Assembly: GCA_003208875.1 (NCBI GenBank)
Contig: QCUR01000004.1
Location: 96,001 to 160,000 of the forward strand
Origin: Prochlorococcus sp. AG-679-M23
Lineage (GTDB): Bacteria; Cyanobacteriota; Cyanobacteriia; PCC-6307; Cyanobiaceae
Direction: 5' to 3'
Length of the DNA: 64,000 bases
A program made the position numbers and the translations under genes. Under the pieces are notes generated by a model. That model saw only the letters and a program-made list of their open reading frames with translations, had not been told where the DNA came from and did no database searches. Below, one piece after another: positions 55,335-64,000 of the stretch. How positions within the stretch are numbered: position 1 is the stretch's first letter; each line of letters starts with the position of its first letter.

Positions 55335-55991
55335 ATGCTTGAGACCAAAACTTTAGTTAAAATTTGCGGAATAACTACCATTGAACAAGCTGTTCAAGTA
55401 GCCGAATTAGGAACTAATGCAATAGGTATCATTTCAGTGGATGAATCTCCAAGATATATTTCTCCAGAAAAGAAAAAAGTAATCTTCAAAACTCTAAAAG
55501 ATTTATATCCAAATATTGAGAGGGTTTCAGTTGTAAAAAATAGTCCTATTGATTCAATTATTAAAGGGTTTTTAGGAAAACCAAACGAAACTATAATTCA
55601 ACTCCATGGAGATGAGGATATTGATTATTGTCAAAAACTAAAAAAACGGATTCCAGAGGTTGGCTTATGGAAAGCTTTTAGAATAAAAAATAAAAAAGAT
55701 ATTGAAAAGATTAAACCTTATGAAAAATTTATAGATGCAATACTTTTAGATTCATGGAATAAAGAAACGTATGGAGGTTCTGGGAAAAAAATAAAACAAA
55801 AATATTTAGAAGATTTAAGTTTCAGCAAACCTTGGTGGATTGCAGGAGGCGTTTCCACAGAGTGGATAGGTGAGACTATAAAAAATATAAAGCCAAATGG
55901 TGTTGATATTTCGAGTAGTGTGGAAATCTCCCCAGGAATAAAAGATATTCATAAAGTTGATTTAATTATTAAAGAAGTAAAAAAATACTAA
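55335..55991 (+). CDS. trpF: Phosphoribosylanthranilate isomerase
   Basis: VKICGIT, QLHGDE, GGSG, IAGG, GVDISSSVE. Confidence 0.96.
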   Translation: MLETKTLVKICGITTIEQAVQVAELGTNAIGIISVDESPRYISPEKKKVIFKTLKDLYPNIERVSVVKNSPIDSIIKGFLGKPNETIIQLHGDEDIDYCQKLKKRIPEVGLWKAFRIKNKKDIEKIKPYEKFIDAILLDSWNKETYGGSGKKIKQKYLEDLSFSKPWWIAGGVSTEWIGETIKNIKPNGVDISSSVEISPGIKDIHKVDLIIKEVKKY

Positions 55992-55994
55992 TTT

Positions 55995-56735
55995 TTAGTA
56001 ATTATTTTGAGAAGATTGTTGTTTTACTAGTTCAAAAAATTCTTGTTTTAGGCTTATATCATGCCTAAAATCTCCCCTTACTACTGAATTTATCATACTA
56101 GTATTCGGCTCTTTAACTCCTCTCCATTTCATACAGTAGTGTTGAGCTTTGACTATTATGCCGAGACCTTTAGGCTCACAAAGTTTTTCTATTTCATCTG
56201 CAAGAATCATTACTGCTTCTTCTTGTATATGTGGTCTAGAGAATACCCAATCTGCAACTCTAGCAAATTTAGAGAGTCCTATAACTTTGCTACCGGGTTT
56301 AATTCCTATCCAACATTCTCCTAAAATTGGAACTAAATGATGGGAGCAAGCAGATCTTACTGTTATTGGTCCGACAGTATAAATTTCATCAAGGTTTTTA
56401 TCATTTGGAAAACTTGTAACCTTTGGTTGTTCATGATATCTACCTTTGAAAACCTCGTTAAGGTACATTTTTGATACTCTTTCTGCTGTCTCCTGAGTAT
56501 TATGATCATTATCCACATCAATAATTAGAGACTTAAGTAAATCTTTAATTCTGGAAGCTACCTCTTTTTCTAGAACTTTTAGCTCACCAGGATTAATGAA
56601 GTCAGCGATATTATCATTTGCACTGAATCTTGTACCTTTGCTTTTGATACGATCTCTTATTATTTCGGAGATTAATTTATTAGTAATCTGTTCGTCAAAA
56701 TTTTTAATATTATCGTTGGGTAATGTAGAGGTCAT
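55995..56735 (-). CDS. folE: GTP cyclohydrolase I
   Basis: SACSHHLVP, IGLSKFAR, IQE, H.CM.WRGV. Confidence 0.96.
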   Translation of the reverse strand: MTSTLPNDNIKNFDEQITNKLISEIIRDRIKSKGTRFSANDNIADFINPGELKVLEKEVASRIKDLLKSLIIDVDNDHNTQETAERVSKMYLNEVFKGRYHEQPKVTSFPNDKNLDEIYTVGPITVRSACSHHLVPILGECWIGIKPGSKVIGLSKFARVADWVFSRPHIQEEAVMILADEIEKLCEPKGLGIIVKAQHYCMKWRGVKEPNTSMINSVVRGDFRHDISLKQEFFELVKQQSSQNNY

Positions 56736-56889
56736 AAAATTCTAAACAGGAAATAGTATGCAAACTAGATTAACTGTATCTTTCTTTAGCTTATTTGCTT
56801 ATACACTATATCACATTCTTATGTTTAATCGGGTCTGTCAATACCTAAAAAAAATCACTTTATCGTTATTGCAAATTAATAAACTAGGG

Positions 56890-57597
56890 TCAAAAAGCGC
56901 CTCCTGAAGGCATAAGAGTTAGGTCTTCAATTAATTGCGATTCTGGTTGTTCAGCAATATATAAAATTGTATTTGAGACATTAGTAGAAGAAAGCATAGA
57001 TGATCTATCGAAATCTGATTTTATTGATTCCGTCTCCCAAAGAGGTGTATTAACTGAACCTAAAGTAATTGTGCAGGCTCTTATCAAGTTAGATCTCTCT
57101 TCTTCTCTAAGACACTTTGTAAACATCGCTAAAGCAGATTTTGATACGCAATAAGCACCCCACTGAGGGAAAGCATTATAAGATGCATGACTGCTGACAT
57201 TAATAATCAAACCTCCATTTTTTCTCATTTTGGGGACAATTAAACTACATATTTGAAATATACTTGTGAGGTTAATCTGAATTATTTCTTGCCATTGTGT
57301 CAAAGACATTTCAACTAAATTTCCATTAAAAGCACATCCAGCATTATTTATTAAAACGGAAGGACAGCCATATTTTTTTATTGATTCATTAATTGAATTA
57401 TCTATTTCATTTGCATTAGATAAATTGCACTTTACAAGATTAATTGTTGACCCTGTATCTGATAGTTCATCTCTTAGCATTTCCAACATCTCTAAATCTC
57501 TTGCGAGTAAAATTAAGTCCCAACCAGCATTTGCGAAAGTTACTGCTGTAGCTCTCCCAATACCTTTAGTGGCTCCTGTAATGTATGCTAGTTTCAA
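56890..57597 (-). CDS. Short-chain dehydrogenase/reductase
   Basis: TGATKGIG, NNAG, YCVSK. Confidence 0.9.
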   Translation of the reverse strand: MKLAYITGATKGIGRATAVTFANAGWDLILLARDLEMLEMLRDELSDTGSTINLVKCNLSNANEIDNSINESIKKYGCPSVLINNAGCAFNGNLVEMSLTQWQEIIQINLTSIFQICSLIVPKMRKNGGLIINVSSHASYNAFPQWGAYCVSKSALAMFTKCLREEERSNLIRACTITLGSVNTPLWETESIKSDFDRSSMLSSTNVSNTILYIAEQPESQLIEDLTLMPSGGAF

Positions 57598-57598
57598 T

Positions 57599-58606
57599 TT
57601 ATTCTGTTATTTGAGGTAATTCTTCCTGAATTTCTTCAAAATTATTTGATTCAATAAATTTTCCCAAAACCCTGAATTTTGAATATCTTTGTTCTAAAAG
57701 TTCCTCTTTATTCAACCCCAATAACTCATTAAGGTGCTTCTCAATGGCACCTTTTAGAGTATTCCCAGCCTCTATAGGAGCCCAGTTATTACCACCTGCT
57801 GGTTCTGATAAAACTTCATCTATTACACCTAATTCAAGGAGATCTTTTCCAGTTATTTTTAACGCAGTCGCAGCTTCAGAAGCTTTTGCAGCATCTCTCC
57901 AAAGAATTGAGGCACATGCTTCTGGACTAGCAACAGTATAAACACTATGTTCAAACATCAATAGCCTATCAGCTACCCCAATTCCGAGAGCCCCACCAGA
58001 CCCCCCTTCGCCGATAATAGTAGCAATTATTGGGACTTTAAAACCAAACATTTCTCTTAGGTTTCTAGCGATAGCTTCTCCTTGACCTTGTTCTTCTGCA
58101 GAGAGACCAGCATATGCCCCAGGGGTATCAATAAAAGTAAGAATAGGCAATGAGAATCTATCAGCATGCTGCATTAACCTTAAAGCTTTTCTATAACCTC
58201 CTGGCTTTGCCATTCCAAAGTTTCTAACTACATTTTCCTTCGTATCTCTTCCCTTCTGATGACCTAATAAAAGAACAGGTTGATTATTTACTGAACCTAA
58301 ACCTCCAATTAAAGCCATATCATCTCCTCCATTTCTGTCTCCATGTAACTCAATCCAATCATCACAAAACATTTGAATAAAATCCAAAGTACTTGGTCTT
58401 TGTGGATGTCTAGCTACTTGTATTTTCTGAGCAGGTGTTAGAGATCTAAAAATTTCCTCCCTTCTTCTTGTGGCAAGTGTTTCTAGTTGTAGTAATTGTT
58501 GACTAACATCTACCTCTGAATCTCTTGCTAATTCTCTTATTTGCTCTATTTGCTTTTCTAGCTCTACTAGAGGTTTTTCAAAATCAAGAAGATAACGTCT
58601 TGGCAT
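57599..58606 (-). CDS. accA: Acetyl-CoA carboxylase carboxyltransferase alpha subunit
   Basis: [31 protein letters not shown]. Confidence 0.98.
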   Translation of the reverse strand: MPRRYLLDFEKPLVELEKQIEQIRELARDSEVDVSQQLLQLETLATRRREEIFRSLTPAQKIQVARHPQRPSTLDFIQMFCDDWIELHGDRNGGDDMALIGGLGSVNNQPVLLLGHQKGRDTKENVVRNFGMAKPGGYRKALRLMQHADRFSLPILTFIDTPGAYAGLSAEEQGQGEAIARNLREMFGFKVPIIATIIGEGGSGGALGIGVADRLLMFEHSVYTVASPEACASILWRDAAKASEAATALKITGKDLLELGVIDEVLSEPAGGNNWAPIEAGNTLKGAIEKHLNELLGLNKEELLEQRYSKFRVLGKFIESNNFEEIQEELPQITE

Positions 58607-58609
58607 AAT

Positions 58610-59650
58610 TCAAACTGCTAGTACTTTTGGATACTTATCTAGGCCAATTGCAGAGAAGCCGTGCTTTACAGAAGCAGCTCCAATAAACTCCATTTTCTCG
58701 AGAGATATATTATTTCTTCCCCAGCTAAAGTTTGTATGACATTTTTCAAATTCTAAAATCATTGCTTCTGCAAAGCATGCAAACATTTCTCTCTGTGGAT
58801 TTTGCATTTCAGCTAATTCCATCATATTCCAACCAATATCATTGAAGAATCTTACTATACCTCCTTTTACAACATGTATATTATTTCCTTGAAATTTTTC
58901 ATCTAGATTCTTTGGATAACCTCCATCAATCATTAAACATGGTTGTTTAAGATTATTAGAATCTATTTCCATGGTCTTTGGCATACTTGCTACCCATACA
59001 ACAATATCGGCTATAGGCAATGCTTCATCTAGATTTTTAATAGTTCCACCATCTAATTCTTTTTGCAAAGAATCCAAAGGTTCCTTTTGCCTAGCTACCA
59101 AAAGAAGCTCCCTAATACCTGTTTTATTAATTAACCATCGACAAACTGCACTACCTATATCTCCAGTAGCACCAACTACAGCAACTGTTGCACTTTTAAG
59201 ATCAATACCTATTTTAGGAGCATTCATCTCTAATTGCCTGCAAATAACCCATGCAGTATGAGTATTACCAGTTGTAAACCTTTCCCACTCTAGTGAAGTG
59301 TTTCTAATCTGCTTATGTTGAAGGAGATTAAAATTTTCAAAGATGATAGAAGTGAACCCTCCCAAAGCGGTAATATTAATACCTTTTTTTTGAGCTAATT
59401 CCATTGCATTTAATACTTTTCTTCTTGCCGTTTTAAATCTTGAAAGCATTTCAGGAACGAAACATGAATCAATATAAGAACCTTCAATTGATATACCTGT
59501 AGCACTTTTAACCTCTACATTTTCAACTAGTTGGGGTGGAGCTGTGCACCAAACATCTAAATCACCATCAGCAATATGATCAAAGCCCAATAATGAAGCC
59601 TTTCTTTTTGCATCTTCAAAACTAGTTGAATGACCTATAAGCCCAAACAT
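58610..59650 (-). CDS. aar: Acyl-ACP reductase (alkane biosynthesis)
   Basis: [39 protein letters not shown]. Confidence 0.97.
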   Translation of the reverse strand: MFGLIGHSTSFEDAKRKASLLGFDHIADGDLDVWCTAPPQLVENVEVKSATGISIEGSYIDSCFVPEMLSRFKTARRKVLNAMELAQKKGINITALGGFTSIIFENFNLLQHKQIRNTSLEWERFTTGNTHTAWVICRQLEMNAPKIGIDLKSATVAVVGATGDIGSAVCRWLINKTGIRELLLVARQKEPLDSLQKELDGGTIKNLDEALPIADIVVWVASMPKTMEIDSNNLKQPCLMIDGGYPKNLDEKFQGNNIHVVKGGIVRFFNDIGWNMMELAEMQNPQREMFACFAEAMILEFEKCHTNFSWGRNNISLEKMEFIGAASVKHGFSAIGLDKYPKVLAV

Positions 59651-59758
59651 TGAATAACTTATTAATGGAATCTTTATATTGATATGAACAATAGCACAGA
59701 GCTATTAATAAATAGATAAAATTATTTTTTTGAATAGACTAATTAAATTTATAAAAAA

Positions 59759-60475
59759 TTAAACAATAGCAGCCATTGCCATTCTTGCAATTTCTCTATT
59801 ATCTAAACCTATTTCAAGTAGCGTATCCTGATAGGCAATCATGAATTCTTCCATTAATTCTTCCCTATCCATAGCTAGTACTGAGGCATCTTCAGCGACT
59901 TGATCTAACATTTTCTTAATTAGTGGAAGATTAGCCTTATTGGCATCCATTAGCTCTTCTTTGCAAGTCGCTAAATTTTCTTTTAGCCATTCTTGTCCAT
60001 AATTTAAATGAAGATATTCATCTTTAACAACACCTTGGGTAATTTTTTTCGCAAAAGGATCAGCAACTCTTATGTAGACATGGTATGCAGATATAGCAAA
60101 TGCTTCAATTAAAATTGCCTGTATCAATAAACAAGTAGTTGTCTTGCCATTCGATAACGCAACTTGAAAATTACCATGTAATTTGGAAAAGAATTCTTTA
60201 GCAAAAATCATGTCAGCTTGAACACCTAGATTTCTTCCGCATGCAGTAAAGCCTCTTTTGTGCTTAAGCTCCATTTTTGCTAGTTTCGTTAATTCTTCTA
60301 ATTCGTTAGGAATTAATGTTGCTAATGAAATGTAATTATCATGAGCCTCTTGTTCACCTTCAATAACTATTGCATTTATCCTGCTATAAGCGTCTTTGTA
60401 AGAATCAGTAGTAAAGTCAGGTAAATCAATAGAATTTTCTAGACTAGTTTTTTTATTAGATTCGAGTGTTTGCAT
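59759..60475 (-). CDS. ado: Aldehyde deformylating oxygenase
   Basis: YKDAYSRINAIVIEGEQEA, ELKH and EYLH di-iron motifs. Confidence 0.97.
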   Translation of the reverse strand: MQTLESNKKTSLENSIDLPDFTTDSYKDAYSRINAIVIEGEQEAHDNYISLATLIPNELEELTKLAKMELKHKRGFTACGRNLGVQADMIFAKEFFSKLHGNFQVALSNGKTTTCLLIQAILIEAFAISAYHVYIRVADPFAKKITQGVVKDEYLHLNYGQEWLKENLATCKEELMDANKANLPLIKKMLDQVAEDASVLAMDREELMEEFMIAYQDTLLEIGLDNREIARMAMAAIV

Positions 60476-60597
60476 GTCAGTAATCTTTAGCTCATTATGC
60501 CTAAGTTTTACACAATTATAGTGAGTTTATTTAAATATGATGAAAATAGTTTCAATTGTTAAACGATATTATTGAATAAATAATGATTATTTACATT

Positions 60598-61386
60598 TTA
60601 ATTTGGCCAATCTGATTTCATAAGATTCATAATTAATTTAAACCAGTGATTGATTAATAAGCTCTTTAAACTATTTCCTAGCTCTTTATTTGACCCTTTA
60701 CTATCCCCTATTACTCCAGATTTACTTAAATCTTCTGTAAACCAAGCAGTTGGAGCATTTCCCTCCAAACTCCAACCCTCTGGAATTTGCATTTCAATAC
60801 CTTCGCAAGGTCTTTCATCTCCCACAAGTTTAGATTTTAAAGCCATCATCAAACTAGTTTCGGCTAAGGATGCATGTAATCCATTTTCAATTTCATTTTT
60901 TGTTAACAGTTCACTTAATCCATCAACTCCTTTCCATAAAAAGCAAGGGAAGATTGAAAGTTTAGGAGCAACACTTCTTAATTCTCTTGCTGCGGTGTTA
61001 AGTAAAGAAATTTGACCTCCGTGCGCATTTATTAATATCAATCTTTTAAACCCCATATCCGCTAATTGGACTCCAACTTCTTTTATTAATAAAGTTATTA
61101 AATTTGAAGAAAGAGATATAGTCCCATCAAATCCCTTATGTTCTGGAGAAAAACCTATATATTGAGTTGGAAGTTTTTTTATAGGTGTCTCAGACGGAAT
61201 TAATTTAAAAACTTCGGAAATTATCTCATCAACAAAAATACTATCTGTAGCTAAAGGCAAATGAGGGCCATGTTGTTCTACCGCTCCAAATGGCCAGATA
61301 ATTGTTGATCTTATATCTTTTGAAATATTTTTTACTTCAGGCCATGATAAATACTCAAATTCGCTAGGTATTGATTTAAAGTTCAT
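60598..61386 (-). CDS. Creatininase family amidohydrolase
   Basis: GAVEQHGPHLPLATD, SPEH, NAHGG, HA...ETS. Confidence 0.9.
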   Translation of the reverse strand: MNFKSIPSEFEYLSWPEVKNISKDIRSTIIWPFGAVEQHGPHLPLATDSIFVDEIISEVFKLIPSETPIKKLPTQYIGFSPEHKGFDGTISLSSNLITLLIKEVGVQLADMGFKRLILINAHGGQISLLNTAARELRSVAPKLSIFPCFLWKGVDGLSELLTKNEIENGLHASLAETSLMMALKSKLVGDERPCEGIEMQIPEGWSLEGNAPTAWFTEDLSKSGVIGDSKGSNKELGNSLKSLLINHWFKLIMNLMKSDWPN

Positions 61387-61449
61387 TATTTTTAATTGTG
61401 AGTACTAACATTTAGAATAAGTTAATATTAAATTACTCTTATTTTACCT

Positions 61450-62667
61450 ATGAAGGGAGTTAGTGATAAAGGTGCCCAAAATAATAAGAAAATTAAGGGC
61501 GACAAAAACAATGTTAAGAAGCCACTTCAGGTTCTTCACCTAAGCAAAAAGGATACTATTAATAAAAAGGAAGAGGTAGTTGATAGTCATCAAAATTCTA
61601 CAAAAGAAGTCAAAACTGACATCAGTGCTCTAAAGCCTAAAATTATTGAAGTCCCAATAAATGAAGTAAAAGAAAGTTATTCCAATAATATTAACTTTGA
61701 AAATATAAGTTACAAGGAGTTAGAAAAACCTTTTACTTTACAAGATGACGTTGAAGATTTCATCATAGAGAGAAAAGTTGATGAATTTGATTTTGACGAA
61801 AGTGCCTTTTTAGAAGCGTTAAACGAGAATGAGCCAATAGGTGCAACAGGAGAGACAATTAAGGGAAAAGTAATAGCATTAGAAAGTGATGGTTTGTATA
61901 TAGATATTGGTGGTAAAGCACCTGGTTTCATGCCTAAAAAAGAATGTGGATTAGGAGTAATTACAAATTTCAAAGAAAAATTTACCATTGGTTTAGAAAT
62001 GGAAGTTTTAGTAATAAAAGAACAGAATGCCGATGGTATGGTCACAGTAAGTGCACGAGCATTAATTCTTAGACAAAGTTGGGAAAAAGTTTCAAGTTCT
62101 GCGAAAAATGGAGAATTAATACAAGTTACAATTAATGGTTTTAATAGAGGAGGACTTACTTGCGATGTTGATGGATTAAGAGGATTTATTCCACGTTCAC
62201 AACTTGAAAATGGTCAAGATTATCAATCTTTAGTTAGTAAAAATTTAAAAGTTGCATTTTTAGAAGTAAATCCAGAGACAAGGAAACTTGTTTTATCAGA
62301 AAAAAAAGCACTATTAGTTTCTAAATTTGCAGATCTAAAATTAGGACAATTAATTGAGGGTGAAGTTTTAGCAATAAAACCATATGGCTTCTTTATTGAT
62401 TTAGGAGGGGCAAGCGGGCTTCTTCATCAATCCTCCATAACAAATGGATCGATCCGAAGTTTAAGAGAGATTTTCGTGGAGGGTGAGGTTATAAAGGCAC
62501 TAATAACAGAAATTGACTTGGAAAGAGGAAGAATTGGTTTAAATACAGCCTTATTAGAAAATACTCCTGGAGAATTAATCATTGACAAAGAAAAAGTTAT
62601 GATTGAAGCCTCTGAAAGGTCTATAAAAACTAAGTCACTTTTTGATAAAAAAGATTTAGAAAAATGA
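61450..62667 (+). CDS. Ribosomal protein S1 homolog (S1 RNA-binding domains)
   Basis: Three S1 domains (IDIGGKAPGFMP, GLRGFIPRS, KPYGFFIDLG). Confidence 0.9.
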   Translation: MKGVSDKGAQNNKKIKGDKNNVKKPLQVLHLSKKDTINKKEEVVDSHQNSTKEVKTDISALKPKIIEVPINEVKESYSNNINFENISYKELEKPFTLQDDVEDFIIERKVDEFDFDESAFLEALNENEPIGATGETIKGKVIALESDGLYIDIGGKAPGFMPKKECGLGVITNFKEKFTIGLEMEVLVIKEQNADGMVTVSARALILRQSWEKVSSSAKNGELIQVTINGFNRGGLTCDVDGLRGFIPRSQLENGQDYQSLVSKNLKVAFLEVNPETRKLVLSEKKALLVSKFADLKLGQLIEGEVLAIKPYGFFIDLGGASGLLHQSSITNGSIRSLREIFVEGEVIKALITEIDLERGRIGLNTALLENTPGELIIDKEKVMIEASERSIKTKSLFDKKDLEK

Positions 62668-63569
62668 CCATCAATGAAAAAATAATTTCGAATAAAGAAC
62701 TTAAAATATCAGATTGGGAGTTGGACTTTTATTCGAGGCCAATTATCGAAAAAAATGGTAAAAAAAGATGGGAATTAATTATTTCATCTTCAAAAAGCTT
62801 TAAAACAGAGAAAATATTTTTGTGGAATAAAGTATGTCCCGCAAACGAAGTTAATTCAATATGGCTTACAAAAGCTTTAAATGAAGCTCTGAATGACGCA
62901 GAAACAGAAGGTTGGGCAAAGCCATTAAAAATAAGATTTTGGAGAGCATCAATGAAATCAATAATTAAAAAATCTATTGAGAATATAGGGATTGAGGCTC
63001 TTGTTAGCAGAAGGACTTATGAATTATTTGACAGAATCGAATTCCTCGAACAAGAGATATATCCTTTAGAGAAAGGATATGTAAGAGGAGTATTAGCTCC
63101 AACCTTTACATCTAATATTCTTAATGAGCCTAAACCTTTGCCTGAGGCTGTGAGAGGTGATGCATTAACAATCTCGGAAATATCTATAGAGGAATTAAAA
63201 TTAGCTAAAAATTGGCCTATTGAATTTGGAGATATTTTCCCAATCCAGAGTTCCATAAAAAATGAAAATCTAGTACCTGGCCTTAGACTTTTTAGTAAAG
63301 ACAGATCACTTGCTCTTGCCGCTTGGTTTAGTAGTTTAGAGCCGGTCAAACTGCTAATAAAACAGAACCAACTTATACTTGAAGCCTCAGAAGATGATAA
63401 ATGGTTAGTAACAGATTTACAAGAAAAAGATGCCAAGGTATTAAATGATAAATTCACTCAAACAAAAAAAGATTCTTATGGTTATCAGTTTATATCCATA
63501 CAATCAACTCCATTTATTGAAAAATTCGCTGGTTTTTGGATTTTAAAAGATATTGAACTAATTTCATAA
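62664..63569 (+). CDS. Tab2/Atab2 (DUF1092) RNA-binding protein
   Basis: WELDFYSRP....GKKRWELII, VNS.WL, SRRTY, FAGFWIL. Confidence 0.92.
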   Translation: MTINEKIISNKELKISDWELDFYSRPIIEKNGKKRWELIISSSKSFKTEKIFLWNKVCPANEVNSIWLTKALNEALNDAETEGWAKPLKIRFWRASMKSIIKKSIENIGIEALVSRRTYELFDRIEFLEQEIYPLEKGYVRGVLAPTFTSNILNEPKPLPEAVRGDALTISEISIEELKLAKNWPIEFGDIFPIQSSIKNENLVPGLRLFSKDRSLALAAWFSSLEPVKLLIKQNQLILEASEDDKWLVTDLQEKDAKVLNDKFTQTKKDSYGYQFISIQSTPFIEKFAGFWILKDIELIS

Positions 63570-63579
63570 GGCTAATATA

Positions 63580-64000
63580 ATGTCCTTTAGCGAAAAATAT
63601 TTTCAAGAAAATGAGTTTGCGATAAAAGACAAAAAATTAAAATATTATTTATCTCCTACTCTTCTTGAAAATAAATTTAAACATGGTTTTTTTACCAAAA
63701 CGAGTTCTGAAATCAATCTTTCACTTTTATCAAATCATCTTAAGTTAAATAAAAAGAATTGCGTTTTAAATCAAATACACAGCAATAAAATAGTTTTCGG
63801 ATCAAAGACTCCAGAGAAGGAAAGAGTAGAGGCTGATGGAATAGTTTCTGATAAACAAAATCAAAATTTATGGATATACACCGCAGATTGTATGCCTATT
63901 TTATTTGCTGACAAGAAGAAAAGACTTGTTGCTGCAATACATTGCGGAAGAAAGGGGTTAGAAAACAAAATAATAACAAAACTCATCCAAATTTTTTACG
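63580..64000 (+). CDS. pgeF: YfiH/PgeF family protein (partial, runs off the window)
   Basis: Manual translation from ATG 63580: HGFFTK, QIHS, ADG, TADCMPI, AAIHCGRKG. Confidence 0.88.
   Translation, partial: MSFSEKYFQENEFAIKDKKLKYYLSPTLLENKFKHGFFTKTSSEINLSLLSNHLKLNKKNCVLNQIHSNKIVFGSKTPEKERVEADGIVSDKQNQNLWIYTADCMPILFADKKKRLVAAIHCGRKGLENKIITKLIQIFY

Overview
This is AT-rich core-genome DNA of a high-light Prochlorococcus (inferred from gene content, gene order and composition). It carries housekeeping genes (prlC, folB, proA, tamB-like, glgB, hemE, petE, clpB, hisIE, a group 2 sigma factor, trpA, ndhL, pyrC, gor, dnaA, hisG) and the complete alpha-carboxysome locus (csoS1D, Ham1-like, csoS1, rbcL, rbcS, csoS2, csoSCA, csoS4A/B, PCD-like acRAF). 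It also holds chlN-chlB-chlL next to por and psaM, and the ado-aar-accA-SDR-folE-trpF cluster. Two regions stand out. (1) In the csoS1/Ham1 intergenic region, a structured ~65-nt GC-rich element carries an exact 14-nt copy of the csoS1 leader, flanked by palindromic operator-like sites. It is a candidate small-RNA regulator of the carboxysome operon. (2) A ~1.5-kb islet is integrated in tRNA-Leu(UAA), marked by a 41-bp duplication of the tRNA 5' half. It carries one secreted protein with a YadA-anchor-like region and an atypical coiled-coil tail. No integrase, IS element or CRISPR array was seen. All calls come from reading motifs by eye; no database searches were run.
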